Shown: positions 1 to 14,000 of the stretch, piece by piece | Layout: each line of letters begins with the position of its first letter | Position numbering within the stretch: position 1 is the stretch's first letter | Source of the DNA: Yuukianura sp. NJ FZ-2021 | Lineage: Eukaryota | Direction of reading: 5' to 3' | DNA length: 64,000 nt | Assembly: GCA_046563655.1 (NCBI GenBank) | Contig: CM102289.1 | Coordinates: 62,001-126,000, forward strand | Made by a program: the position numbers and the translations under genes | The notes under the pieces: model-generated | What the model saw: the letters and a program-made list of their open reading frames with translations, nothing else | What the model was told of the DNA's origin: nothing | The model's database searches: none

Positions 1-1325
1 GGGATTGAGCTCTGGGATTGAGCTCTGGGATTGAGCTTAGGGATTGAGCTTAGGGATTGAGCTTTGGGATTGAGGTTTGGGATTGAGCTTTGGGATTGAG
101 CTCTGGGATTGAGCTTAGGGATTGAGCTTTGGGATTGAGCTCTGGGATTGAGCTCTGGGATTGAGCTTAGGGATTGAGCTCAGGGATTGAGCTTAGGGAT
201 TGAGCTTATTGATTGAGCTTTGGGATTGAGGTTTGGGATTGAGCTTTGGGATTGAGCTCTGGGATTGAGCTTAGGGATTGAGCTTTGGGATTGAGCTCTG
301 GGATTGAGCTCTGGGATTGAGCTTAGGGATTGAGCTTAGGGATTGAGCTTTGGGATTGAGGTTTGGGATTGAGCTTTGGGATTGAGCTCTGGGATTGAGC
401 TTAGGGATTGAGCTTTGGGATTGAGCTTTGGGATTGAGCTCTGGGATTGAGCTTAGGGATTGAGCGTAGGGATTGAGCTTTGGGATTGAGCTTTGGGATT
501 GAGCTCTGGGATTGAGCTCTGGGATTGAGCGTAGGGATTGAGCTTTGGGATTGAGCTTTGGGATTGAGCTCTGGGATTGAGCTCTGGGATTGAGCTCTGG
601 GATTGAGCTCTGGGATTAAGCTTAGGGATTGAGCTTTGGGATTGAGCTCTGGGATTGAGCTTAGGGATTGAGCGTAGGGATTGAGCTTTGGGATTGAGCT
701 TTGGGATTGAGCTCTGGGATTGAGCTCTGGGATTGAGCTCTGGGATTGAGCTTAGGGATTGAGCTTAGGGATTGAGCTTTGGGATTGAGCTTTGGGATTG
801 AGCCCTGGGATTGAGCTCTGGGATTAAGCTTAGGGATTGAGCTTTGGGATTGAGCTCTGGGATTGAGCTTAGGGATTGAGCTTAGGGATTGAGCTTAGGG
901 ATTGAGCTTTGGGATTGAGCTTTGGGATTGAGCTCTGGGATTGAGCTCTGGGATTAAGCTTAGGGATTGAGCTTTGGGATTGAGCTCTGGGATTGAGCTT
1001 AGGGATTGAGCGTAGGGATTGAGCTTTGGGATTGAGCTTTGGGATTGAGCTCTGGGATTGAGCTCTGGGATTGAGCTCTGGGATTGAGCTTTGGGATTGA
1101 GCTTTGGGATTGAGCTCTGGGATTGAGCTCTGGCATTGAGCTTAGGGATTGAGCTTTGGGATTGATCTTTGGGATTGAGCTTTGGGATTGAGGTTTGGGA
1201 TTGAGCTTTGGGATTGAGCTCTGGGATTGAGCTCTGGGATTGAGCTTAGGGATTGAGCTTTGGGATTGTGCTTTGGGATTGAGCTTAGGGATTGAGCTTT
1301 GGGATTGAGCTGATGGATTGAGGTT
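1..1325 (-). repeat. 13-bp tandem minisatellite GGGATTGAGCT(TT/CT/TA), left arm of a large inverted repeat; runs off the window start
   Basis: About 100 directly visible units of gggattgagcttt / gggattgagctct / gggattgagctta; reverse complement of the arrays starting at ~2150. Confidence 0.97.
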
Positions 1326-2760
1326 AGGAATACGAAGCATTGAAGGTGAGGCGAGAATTTTAAATGTATGAAAATTTGAGAATATTAATCTTTGACCAAA
1401 AACAATATGGTTAGGTTAGTTACAAATTCAAATTAGGTTACAAATTCAAAATCAACAAAGTGCCAATCGTTTTTAGTTGAACTAGTTCAACTAAATTTGT
1501 GCGCGTTGTCCCAGGTAACGCCATGGTTGACATAAACCGGGGGACGCAAATGTTCCGAGACATTTGATAAATAATTTGTCTTAATTTACATTAATTAAAA
1601 ATACATTTATTTTAGTCATTTATTTATTATATTTGACGAGAATCCCATGTGATTGAACTTGAAGAGCTCATCATGAAAGCAGAGAATATTGCAGAAGATT
1701 GTACTCGGATCACACAAGAGCGCATCGTTTTTTTAGGTTTTAGGTTTAGGTTTAGGTTAGTAGTTTTTTTATTCCGAACCTGAATCTGGTTCGGAATCGA
1801 ATTCCGAATAGTTTCCCTCGTTTTTCTATTCTCGTTTTTCTATTTGTATAAACATACCTTTCAGTGTAAGTTATTCCTTAAACAAAACTAATACGATTTT
1901 AGGCCTAATGGCGTGGTTCGCTTTTTTTTTGTTCTATTTGTTTATTACCAAATAATTCATGGCTAAATTGCTTAAAAATTAGCTTTCGGGATTCGAGCTC
2001 AGAGAAATTGCAATTAATGTTATGTGTAAAGTGTACCTCATGAATTGCGAAGTTCTATATTGTTTTTGGTCAAAGATTAGTATTCTCAAATTTTCATACG
2101 CTCATAAGTTCATAAGTTCTCGCCTTACCTTCAATGCTTCGTATTCCTAACCTCAATCCATCAGCTCAATCCCAAAGCTCGATCCCTAAGCTCAATCCCA
2201 AAGCTCAATCCCAAAGCTCAATCCCAGAGCTCAATCTCAAAGCTCTATCCCTAAGCTCAATCCCAAAGCTCAATCCCAGAGCTCAATCCCAAAGCTCAAT
2301 CCCAAAGATCAATCCCAGAGCTCAATCCCAAAGCTTAATCCCTAAGCTCAATCCCAAAGCTCAATCCCTAAGCTCAATGCCAAAAATCAATCCCTAAGCT
2401 CAATCCCTACGCTCAATCCCAAAGCTCAATCCCTAAGCTCAATCCCAAAGCTCAATCCCTAAGCTCAATCCCAAAAATCAATCCCTAAGCTCAATCCCTA
2501 CGCTCAATCCCAAAGCTCAATCCCAAAGCTCAATCCCAGAGCTCAATCCCAGAGCTCGATCCCAGAGCTCAATCCCTAAGCTCAATCCCTAAGCTCAATC
2601 CCAAAGATCAATCCCAAAGCTCAATCCCAAAGCTCAATCCCAGAGCTCAATCCCTAAGCTCAATCCCAAACCTCAATCCCAAAACTCAATCCCAAACCTC
2701 AATCCCAAAGCTCAATCCCAAAGCTCAATCCCAAAGCTCAATCGCAAAGATCAATCCAAA
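1..2760. mobile_element. Foldback-like inverted repeat: 13-bp arrays plus ~85-bp unique inner arms around a ~650-bp AT-rich spacer
   Basis: 1321-1408 (aggttaggaatacgaagcattgaagg...tttgaccaaaaacaatat) is the reverse complement of 2057-2152 (atattgtttttggtcaaag...ccttcaatgcttcgtattcctaacct), with a small indel; both arms continue outward into oppositely oriented 13-mer arrays. Confidence 0.65.
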
Positions 2761-4877
2761 TCTGAACAGTTCTCACTCTCTTCAATATTACGTTGATGCA
2801 GGTTAAATTATATTTCTCTAGCATGCACAAATTTTGATATAACAAAGTCCATTACCGGGCGTGAAATTGACTGCAAAATTTGACTAATGTGTAACATGCA
2901 CAAAATTGAACGTTGAAACTAACCTAAACAACATGCACGTCATTCATTGCCAGTGTTGTCATGACAACGTCCATTACCCATTAGTCCAGTTATCAGACCA
3001 GTACTAATAACTGCTCAATCCCAAAGCTCAATCCCTAAGCTCAATCCCTAAGTTCAATCCCAAAGCTCAATCCCTAAGCTCAATCCCTAAGATCAATCCC
3101 AAAGCTCAATTCCAGAGCTCAATCGCAAAGCTCAATCCCAGAGCTCAATCCCAGAGCTCAATCCCAAAGCTCAATCCCAGAGCTCAATCCCAGAGCTCAA
3201 TCCCAAAGATCAATCCCAGAGGTCAATCCCAAAGCTCAATCCCTAAGCTCAATCCCAAAGCTCAATCCCTAAGCCCAATCCCAGAGCTCAATCCCAGAGC
3301 TCAATCCCAAAGCTCAATTCCAGAGCTCAATCCCAGAGCTCAATCCCAAAGCTCAATCCCAAAGCTCAATCCCAAAGCTCAATCCCAAAGCTCAATCCCA
3401 GAGCTCAATCCCAACCCAATAAGCAAAAATGTTAGGCCCAGCGAAGTCCCGAACACGATGAGTATGAGAGATGTCAGGCCACTGGGAGAAGTATGGCTTT
3501 ATCTTTGGCCCATGGATTCGGGTGAGATTTCACCCGCGGGTGGACAATGTCCTGCGAGCCACCTATTCCCCTTACAACTCCCGCACATGGACAAAAAAAA
3601 GAAAACAGAAACATTTAATGCCCTTACCAGGGCCAAGTATGTGAAAATTGTCAACGCGGTTTTGGGATGGGCCAAGTCCGGGGAATGTTAGCCTAACCTG
3701 ACAAAAACAAAACCAAATCCTCTTACATCTAACATCTGACTTCGCCTTTCACTCTTCTGTTTTTTTGTTAAAGTCATTAAGTTCAATTAACTTACGTTAC
3801 CGAAATATGAAACTTAGTAGATGGAGACATCAAACAAACGGCGTTAGGGAAATTAGAAGTGGATTGTGTTCTCACTAAGGTAATCTCGCCATAGTGTGAA
3901 ACATTTTATTCCTTGTGACTAATTTGAATCCTATTTACTGATTGATTAGCTTAGTTTAGTTACTTAATTGAGTATAATGGAACAGAACATTCCATAATGT
4001 AACGTTCCATTATACTTGACTACTTAACTAAACTAAACTAATCAATCAGTAAATAAGATTTTAATTAGTGACTGGCAATTATTTGTTTCATGTGTGGCAT
4101 TTAACCGGCGGGAAACCTGTGGCCTTGTAAGGGCCATACGCGGCAATGCTAGGGAAATGATGGGAAGGATGACTGGGTAATGCTTGGCCCAGCTAACGCG
4201 CGCATCACTGGGAAATACTTGAGAGGGCGGCCAACCCCAGATGTTGGCCAAACATGTAAAAATTGCACGGCCCTGTCTTCTCCCTTACATTTAGTGCTTA
4301 TTGGGAAAGCTCAATCCCAGAGCTCAATCCCAGAGCTCAATCCCAAAGCTCAATCCCAAAGATCAATCCCAGAGCTCAATCCCAAAGCTCAATCCCTAAG
4401 CTCAATCCCTAAGCTCAATCCCAAAGCTCAATCCCTAAGCTCAATCCCAAACATCAATCCCAAAGCTCAATCCCTAGCTCAATCCCAAAGCTCAATCCCA
4501 AAGCTCAATCCCTAAGCTCAATCCCTAAGCTCAATCCCAAAGCTCAATCCCTAAGCTCAATCCCAAAAATCAATCCCTAAGCTCAATCCCTAGCTCAATC
4601 CCAAAGCTCAATCCCAAAGCTCAATCCCGGAGCTCAATCCCAAAGCACAATCCCAGAGCTCGATCCCAGAGCTCAATCCCTAAGCTCAATCCCTAAGCTC
4701 AATCCCAAAGATCAATCCCAAAGCTCAATCCCAAAGCTCAATCCCAGAGCTCAATCCCTAAGCTCAATCCCAAACCTCAATCCCAAAGCTCAATCCCAAA
4801 CCTCAATCCCAAAGCTCAATCCCAAAGATCAATCCCAAAGCTCAATCCCAAAGCTCAATCGCAAAGATCAATCCAAA
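2150..4877 (+). repeat. 13-bp minisatellite arrays GCTCAATCCC(AAA/AGA/TAA) at 2150-2760, 3013-3414 and 4306-4877
   Basis: Direct reading. The arrays are separated by a unique block (2761-3012, partly repeated at 4878-5040) and by a MITE (3415-4305). Confidence 0.95.
3415..4305. mobile_element. Non-autonomous TIR element (MITE), CMC/CACTA-type termini, inserted into one 13-bp unit
   Basis: TIR cccaataagca..aaatgt / acattt..tgcttattggg. 2-bp TSD AA; removing the element restores aatcccaaagctc. CCCAA fits the CMCWR terminus and 2-3-bp TSD of the CMC superfamily. Internal ~155-bp hairpin at ~3915-4072. Confidence 0.8.
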
Positions 4878-5040
4878 TCTGAACAGTTCTCACTCTCTTC
4901 AATATAACGTTGATGCAGGTTAAATTATTGTTCTCTAGCATGCACAAATTTTGATATAACAAAGTCCATAACCGGGCGTGAAATAGACTGCAAAATTTGA
5001 CTAATGTGCAACATGCACAAAATTGAACGTTGAAACTAAC

Positions 5041-8000
5041 AACTCAAGTTGAAAATCAACTCAACTCAAGTTGAAAATCAACTCAACTCAAGTTGAAAAT
5101 CAACTCAGCTCAAGTTAAAAATCAACTCAACTCAAGTTGAAAATCAACTCAACTCAAGTTGAAAATCAACTCAGCTCAAGTTAAAAATCAACTCAACTAA
5201 AGTTGAAAATCAACTCAACTCAAGTTGAAAATCAACTCAACTCAAGTTGAAAATCAACTCAACTCAAGTTGAAAATCAACTCAGCTCAAGTTGAAAATCA
5301 ACAACTCAAGTTGAAAAATCAACTCAACTCAAGTTGAAAAATCAACTCAACTCAAGTTGAAAATCAACTCAGCTCAAGTTGAAAATCAACTCAGCTCAAG
5401 TTGAAAATCAACTCAGCTCAAGTTGAAAATCAACTCAACTCAAGTTGAAAATCAACTCAACTCAAGTTGAAAATCAACTCAGCTCAAGTTGAAAATCAAC
5501 TCAACTCAAGTTGAAAATCAACTCAACTCAAGTTGAAAATCAACTCAGCTCAAGTTGAAAATCAACTCAACTCAAGTTGAAAATCAACTCAGCTCAAGTT
5601 AAAAATCAACTCAACAAGTTGAAAATCAACTCAGCTCAAGTTGAAAATCAACTCAACTCAAGTTGAAAATCAACTCAGCTCAAGTTGAAAATCAACTCAA
5701 TTCAAGTTGAAAATCAACTCAGCTCAAGTTGAAAATCAACTCAACTCAAGTTGAAAATCAACTCAATTCAAGTTGAAAATCAACTCAACTCAAGTTGAAA
5801 ATCAACTCAGCTCAAGTTGAAAATCAACTCAGCTCAAGTTGAAAATCAACTCAACTAAAGTTGAAAATCAACTCAACTCAAGTTGAAAATCAACTCAACT
5901 CAAGTTGAAAATCAACTCAGCTCAAGTTGAAAATCAACTCAACTCAAGTTGAAAATCAACTCAGCTCAAGTTGAAAATCAACTCAACTCAAGTTGAAAAT
6001 CAACTCAGCTCAAGTTGAAAATCAACTCAACTCAAGTTGAAAATCAACTCAACTCAAGTTGAAAATCAACTCAACTCAAGTTGAAAATCAACTCAGCTCA
6101 AGTTGAAAATCAACTCAACTCAAGTTGAAAATCAACTCAATTCAAGTTGAAAATCAACTCAACTCAAGTTGAAAATCAACTCAGCTCAAGTTGAAAATCA
6201 ACTCAGCTCAAGTTGAAAATCAACTCAGCTCAAGTTAAAAATCAACTCAACAAGTTGAAAATCAACTCAGCTCAAGTTGAAAATCAACTCAACTCAAGTT
6301 GAAAATCAACTCAGCTCAAGTTGAAAATCAACTCAATTCAAGTTGAAAATCAACTCAGCTCAAGTTGAAAATCAACTCAACTCAAGTTGAAAATCAACTC
6401 AATTCAAGTTGAAAATCAACTCAACTCAAGTTGAAAATCAACTCAGCTCAAGTTGAAAATCAACTCAGCTCAAGTTGAAAATCAACTCAGCTCAAGTTGA
6501 AAATCAACTCAGCTCAAGTTGAAAATCAACTCAACTCAAGTTGAAAATCAACTCAACTCAAGTTGAAAATCAACTCAGCTCAAGTTGAAAATCAACTCAA
6601 CTCAAGTTGAAAATCAACTCAGCTCAAGTTAAAAATCAACTCAACAAGTTGAAAATCAACTCAGCTCAAGTTGAAAATCAACTCAACTCAAGTTGAAAAT
6701 CAACTCAGCTCAAGTTGAAAATCAACTCAATTCAAGTTGAAAATCAACTCAGCTCAAGTTGAAAATCAACTCAACTCAAGTTGAAAATCAACTCAATTCA
6801 AGTTGAAAATCAACTCAACTCAAGTTGAAAATCAACTCAGCTCAAGTTGAAAATCAACTCAGCTCAAGTTGAAAATCAACTCAACTAAAGTTGAAAATCA
6901 ACTCAACTCAAGTTGAAAATCAACTCAACTCAAGTTGAAAATCAACTCAGCTCAAGTTGAAAATCAACTCAACTCAAGTTGAAAATCAACTCAGCTCAAG
7001 TTGAAAATCAACTCAACTCAAGTTGAAAATCAACTCAGCTCAAGTTGAAAATCAACTCAACTCAAGTTGAAAATCAACTCAACTCAAGTTGAAAATCAAC
7101 TCAACTCAAGTTGAAAATCAACTCAGCTCAAGTTGAAAATCAACTCAACTCAAGTTGAAAATCAACTCAATTCAAGTTGAAAATCAACTCAACTCAAGTT
7201 GAAAATCAACTCAGCTCAAGTTGAAAATCAACTCAGCTCAAGTTGAAAATCAACTCAGCTCAAGTTGAAAATCAACTCAGCTCAAGTTGAAAATCAACTC
7301 AGCTCAAGTTGAAAATCAACTCAACTCAAGTTGAAAATCAACTCAGCTCAAGTTGAAAATCAACTCTGCTCAAGTTAAAAATCAACTCAAGTCAAGTTGA
7401 AAATCAACTCAGCTCAAGTTGAAAATCAACTCAGCTCAAGTTGAAAATCAACTCAACTCAAGTTGAAAATCAACTCAGCTCAAGTTAAAAATCAACTCAA
7501 CTCAAGTTGAAAATCAACTCAACTCAAGTTGAAAATCAACTCAGCTCAAGTTAAAAATCAACTCAACTAAAGTTGAAAATCAACTCAACTCAAGTTGAAA
7601 ATCAACTCAGCTCAAGTTGAAAATCAACTCAATTCAAGTTGAAAATCAACTCAACTCAAGTTGAAAATCAACTCAGCTCAAGTTGAAAATCAACTCAGCT
7701 CAAGTTGAAAATCAACTCAACTCAAGTTGAAAATCAACTCAACTCAAGTTGAAAATCAACTCAACTCAAGTTGAAAAATCAACTCAACTCAAGTTGAAAA
7801 TCAACTCAACTCATGTTGAAAAATCAACTCAACTCAAGTTGAAAATCAACTCAGCTCAAGTTGAAAATCAACTCAACTCAAGTTGAAAATCAACTCAACT
7901 CAAGTTGAAAATCAACTCAGCTCAAGTTGAAAATCAACTCAACTCAAGTTGAAAATCAACTCAGCTCAAGTTAAAAATCAACTCAGCTCAAGTTGAAAAT

Positions 8001-11000
8001 CAACTCAACTCAAGTTGAAAATCAACTCAACTCAAGTTGAAAATCAACTCAGCTCAAGTTGAAAATCAACTCAACTCAAGTTGAAAATCAACTCAGCTCA
8101 AGTTGAAAATCAACTCAACTCAAGTTGAAAATCAACTCAGCTCAAGTTAAAAATCAACTCAGCTCAAGTTGAAAATCAACTCAACTCAAGTTGAAAAATC
8201 AACTCAACTCAAGTTGAAAATCAACTCAACTCATGTTGAAAAATCAACTCAACTCAAGTTGAAAATCAACTCAGCTCAAGTTGAAAAATCAACTCAACTC
8301 AAGTTGAAAATCAACTCAGCTCAAGTTGAAAATCAACTCAACTCAAGTTGAAAATCAACTCAGCTCAAGTTGAAAATCAACTCAACTCAAGTTGAAAAAT
8401 CAACTCAACTCAAGTTGAAAATCAACTCAACTCAAGTTGAAAATCAACTCAACTCAAGTTGAAAATCAACTCAACTCAAGTTGAAAAATCAACTCAACTC
8501 AAGTTGAAAAATCAACTCAACTCAAGTTGAAAATCAACTCAACTCAAGTTGAAAATCAACTCAACTCAAGTTGAAAATCAACTCAACTCAAGTTGAAAAT
8601 CAACTCAACTCAAGTTGAAAATCAACTCAACTCAAGTTGAAAATCAACTCAGCTCAAGTTGAAAATCAACTCAGCTCAAGTTAAAAATCAACTCAACTCA
8701 AGTTGAAAATCAACTCAACTCAAGTTGAAAATCAACTCAGCTCAAGTTGAAAATCAACTCAGCTCAAGTTGAAAATCAACTCAACTCAAGTTGAAAATCA
8801 ACTCAGCTCAAGTTGAAAATCAACTCAGCTCAAGTTAAAAATCAACTCAACTCAAGTTGAAAATCAACTCAACTCAAGTTGAAAATCAACTCAGCTCAAG
8901 TTGAAAATCAACTCAACTCTAGTTGAAAATCAACTCAACTCAAGTTGAAAATCAACTCAACTCAAGTTGAAAATCAACTCAACTCAAGTTGAAAATCAAC
9001 TCAGCTCAAGTTGAAGATCAACTCAACTCAAGTTGAAAATCAACTCAACTCAAGTTGAAAATCAACTCAGCTCAAGTTAAAAATCAACTCAACAAGTTGA
9101 AAATCAACTCAACTCAAGTTGAAAATCAACTCAACTCAAGTTGAAAATCAACTCAGCTCAAGTTGAAAATCAACTCAACTCAAGTTGAAAATCAACTCAG
9201 CTCAAGTTGAAAATCAACTCAACTCAAGTTGAAAATCAACTCAGCTCAAGTTGAAAATCAACTCAATTCAAGTTGAAAATCAACTCAACTCAAGTTGAAA
9301 ATCAACTCAGCTCAAGTTGAAAATCAACTCAACTCAAGTTAAAAATCAACTCAACTAAAGTTGAAAATCAACTCAACTAAAGTTGAAAATCAACTCAACT
9401 CAAGTTGAAAAATCAACTCAGCTCAAGTTGAAAATCAACTCAACTCAAGTTGAAAAATCAACTCAACTCAAGTTGAAAAATCAACTCAACTCAAGTTGAA
9501 AATCAACTCAACTCAAGTTGAAAATCAACTCAACTCAAGTTGAAAATCAACTCAGCTCAAGTTGAAAATCAACAACTCAAGTTGAAAAATCAACTCAACT
9601 CAAGTTGAAAAATCAACTCAACTCAAGTTGAAAATCAACTCAACTCAAGTTGAAAATCAACTCAGCTCAAGTTGAAAATCAACTCAGCTCAAGTTAAAAA
9701 TCAACTCAGCTCAAGTTGAAAATCAACTCAACTCAAGTTGAAAAATCAACTCAACTCAAGTTGAAAATCAACTCAACTCAAGTTGAAAATCAACTCAACT
9801 CAAGTTGAAAATCAACTCAACTCAAGTTGAAAATCAACTCAGCTCAAGTTGAAAATCAACTCAACTCAAGTTGAAAATCAACTCAACTCAAGTTGAAAAT
9901 CAACTCAGCTCAAGTTGAAAATCAACTCAACTCAAGTTGAAAATCAACTCAACTCAAGTTGAAAATCAACTCAACTCAAGTTGAAAATCAACTCAACTAA
10001 AGTTGAAAATCAACTCAACTCAAGTTGAAAATCAACTCAGCTCAAGTTGAAAATCAACTCAACTCAAGTTGAAAATCAACTCAACTCAAGTTGAAAATCA
10101 ACTCAACTCAAGTTGAAAATCAACTCAACTCAAGTTGAAAATCAACTCAACTCAAGTTGAAAATCAACTCAGCTCAAGTTGAAAATCAACTCAACTCAAG
10201 TTGAAAATCAACTCAACTCAAGTTGAAAATCAACTCAACTCAAGTTGAAAATCAACTCAACTCAAGTTGAAAATCAACTCAACTCAAGTTGAAAATCAAC
10301 TCAACTCAAGTTGAAAATCAACTCAACTCAAGTTGAAAATCAACTCAGCTCAAGTTGAAAATCAACTCAACTCAAGTTGAAAATCAACTCAACTCAAGTT
10401 GAAAATCAACTCAGCTCAAGTTAAAAATCAACTCAACTCAAGTTGAAAATCAACTCAACTCAAGTTGAAAATCAACTCAACTCAAGTTGAAAATCAACTC
10501 AGCTCAAGTTGAAAATCAACTCAACTCAAGTTGAAAATCAACTCAGCTCAAGTTGAAAATCAACTCAACTCAAGTTGAAAATCAACTCAACTCAAGTTGA
10601 AAATCAACTCAACTCAAGTTGAAAATCAACTCAACTCAAGTTGAAAATCAACTCAACTCAAGTTGAAAATCAACTCAGCTCAAGTTGAAAATCAACTCAG
10701 CTCAAGTTGAAAATCAACTCAGCTCAAGTTGAAAATCAACTCAACTCAAGTTGAAAATCAACTCAGCTCAAGTTGAAAATCAACTCAGCTCAAGTTAAAA
10801 ATCAACTCAAGTCAAGTTGAAAATCAACTCAGCTCAAGTTGAAAATCAACTCAGCTCAAGTTGAAAATCAACTCAGCTCAAGTTGAAAATCAACTCAACT
10901 CAAGTTGAAAATCAACTCAGCTCAAGTTAAAAATCAACTCAACTCAAGTTGAAAATCAACTCAACTCAAGTTGAAAATCAACTCAGCTCAAGTTGAAAAT

Positions 11001-14000
11001 CAACTCAACTCAAGTTGAAAATCAACTCAACTCAAGTTGAAAATCAACTCAACTCAAGTTGAAAATCAACTCAATTCAAGTTGAAAATCAACTCAACTCA
11101 AGTTGAAAATCAACTCAGCTCAAGTTGAAAATCAACTCAGCTCAAGTTGAAAATCAACTCAACTCAAGTTGAAAATCAACTCAACTCAAGTTGAAAATCA
11201 ACTCAACTCAAGTTGAAAATCAACTCAACTCAAGTTGAAAATCAACTCAGCTCAAGTTGAAAATCAACTCAACTCAAGTTGAAAATCAACTCAACTCAAG
11301 TTGAAAATCAACTCAACTCAAGTTGAAAATCAACTCAACTCAAGTTGAAAATCAACTCAGCTCAAGTTGAAAATCAACTCAACTCAAGTTGAAAATCAAC
11401 TCAACTCAAGTTGAAAATCAACTCAGCTCAAGTTAAAAATCAACTCAACTCAAGTTGAAAATCAACTCAACTCAAGTTGAAAATCAACTCAGCTCAAGTT
11501 GAAAATCAACTCAGCTCAAGTTGAAAATCAACTCAACTCAAGTTGAAAATCAACTCAGCTCAAGTTGAAAATCAACTCAACTCAAGTTGAAAATCAACTC
11601 AGCTCAAGTTGAAAATCAACTCAATTCAAGTTGAAAATCAACTCAACTCAAGTTGAAAATCAACTCAGCTCAAGTTGAAAATCAACTCAGCTCAAGTTGA
11701 AAATCAACTCAGCTCAAGTTGAAAATCAACTCAGCTCAAGTTGAAAATCAACTCAAAATCAACTCAACTCAAGTTGAAAATCAACTCAACTCAAGTTGAA
11801 AATCAACTCAGCTCAAGTTGAAAATCAACTCAACTCAAGTTGAAAATCAACTCAGCTCAAGTTGAAAATCAACTCAACTCAAGTTGAAAATCAACTCAGC
11901 TCAAGTTGAAAATCAACTCAACTCAAGTTGAAAATCAACTCAGCTCAAGTTGAAAATCAACTCAACTCAAGTTGAAAATCAACTCAACTCAAGTTGAAAA
12001 TCAACTCAGCTCAAGTTGAAAATCAACTCAGCTCAAGTTGAAAATCAACTCAACTCAAGTTGAAAATCAACTCAATTCAAGTTGAAAATCAACTCAACTC
12101 AAGTTGAAAATCAACTCAGCTCAAGTTGAAAATCAACTCAGCTCAAGTTGAAAATCAACTCAGCTCAAGTTGAAAATCAACTCAAGCTCAAGTTGAAAAT
12201 CAACTCAGCTCAAGTTGAAAATCAACTCAGCTCAAGTTGAAAATCAACTCAACTCAAGTTGAAAATCAACTCAGCTCAAGTTGAAAATCAACTCAGCTCA
12301 AGTTAAAAATCAACTCAAGTCAAGTTGAAAATCAACTCAGCTCAAGTTGAAAATCAACTCAACTCAAGTTGAAAATCAACTCAACTCAAGTTGAAAATCA
12401 ACTCAGCTCAAGTTGAAAATCAACTGAACAAGTTGAAAATCAACTCAGCTCAAGTTGAAAATCAACTCAACTCAAGTTGAAAATCAACTCAGCTCAAGTT
12501 GAAAATCAACTCAATTCAAGTTGAAAATCAACTCAACTCAAGTTGAAAATCAACTCAGCTCAAGTTGAAAATCAACTCAGCTCAAGTTGAAAATCAACTC
12601 AGCTCAAGTTGAAAATCAACTCAGCTCAAGTTGAAAATCAACTCAGCTCAAGTTGAAAATCAACTCAGCTCAAGTTGAAAATCAACTCAACTCAAGTTGA
12701 AAAATCAACTCAACTCAAGTTGAAAATCAACTCAACTCAAGTTGAAAATCAACTCAACTCAAGTTGAAAATCAACTCAGCTCAAGTTAAAAATCAACTCA
12801 ACTCAAGTTGAAAATCAACTCAACTCAAGTTGAAAATCAACTCAGCTCAAGTTAAAAATCAACTCAACTAAAGTTGAAAATCAACTCAACTCAAGTTGAA
12901 AATCAACTCAACTCAAGTTGAAAATCAACTCAATTCAAGTTGAAAATCAACTCAACTCAAGTTGAAAATCAACTCAGCTCAAGTTGAAAATCAACTCAAC
13001 TCAAGTTGAAAATCAACTCAACTCAAGTTGAAAATCAACTCAACTCAAGTTGAAAATCAACTCAACTCAAGTTGAAAAATCAACTCAACTCAAGTTGAAA
13101 ATCAACTCAACTCATGTTGAAAAATCAACTCAACTCAAGTTGAAAATCAACTCAGCTCAAGTTGAAAATCAACTCAACTCAAGTTGAAAATCAACTCAAC
13201 TCAAGTTGAAAATCAACTCAGCTCAAGTTGAAAATCAACTCAACTCAAGTTGAAAATCAACTCAGCTCAAGTTAAAAATCAACTCAGCTCAAGTTGAAAA
13301 TCAACTCAACTCAAGTTGAAAATCAACTCAACTCAAGTTGAAAATCAACTCAGCTCAAGTTGAAAATCAACTCAACTCAAGTTGAAAATCAACTCAGCTC
13401 AAGTTGAAAATCAACTCAACTCAAGTTGAAAATCAACTCAGCTCAAGTTAAAAATCAACTCAGCTCAAGTTGAAAATCAACTCAACTCAAGTTGAAAAAT
13501 CAACTCAACTCAAGTTGAAAATCAACTCAACTCATGTTGAAAAATCAACTCAACTCAAGTTGAAAATCAACTCAGCTCAAGTTGAAAAATCAACTCAACT
13601 CAAGTTGAAAATCAACTCAACTCAAGTTGAAAATCAACTCAACTCAAGTTGAAAATCAACTCAGCTCAAGTTGAAAATCAACTCAACTCAAGTTGAAAAA
13701 TCAACTCAACTCAAGTTGAAAATCAACTCAACTCAAGTTGAAAATCAACTCAACTCAAGTTGAAAATCAACTCAACTCAAGTTGAAAATCAACTCAACTC
13801 AAGTTGAAAATCAACTCAACTCAAGTTGAAAATCAACTCAACTCATGTTGAAAAATCAACTCAACTCAAGTTGAAAATCAACTCAGCTCAAGTTGAAAAT
13901 CAACTCAACTCAAGTTGAAAATCAACTCAACTCAAGTTGAAAATCAACTCAGCTCAAGTTGAAAATCAACTCAACTAAAGTTGAAAATCAACTCAACTCA

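Noticed and set aside
1..1325. True chromosome-end telomere at the window start
   Set aside because: A left end should show the C-rich strand on +; here + is G-rich and the array is mirrored internally.
999..4515. ORFs MLRIPNLNPSAQSQSSIPK... on both strands
   Set aside because: Translations of the 13-bp repeat; the shared N-terminus only reflects the inverted repeat.
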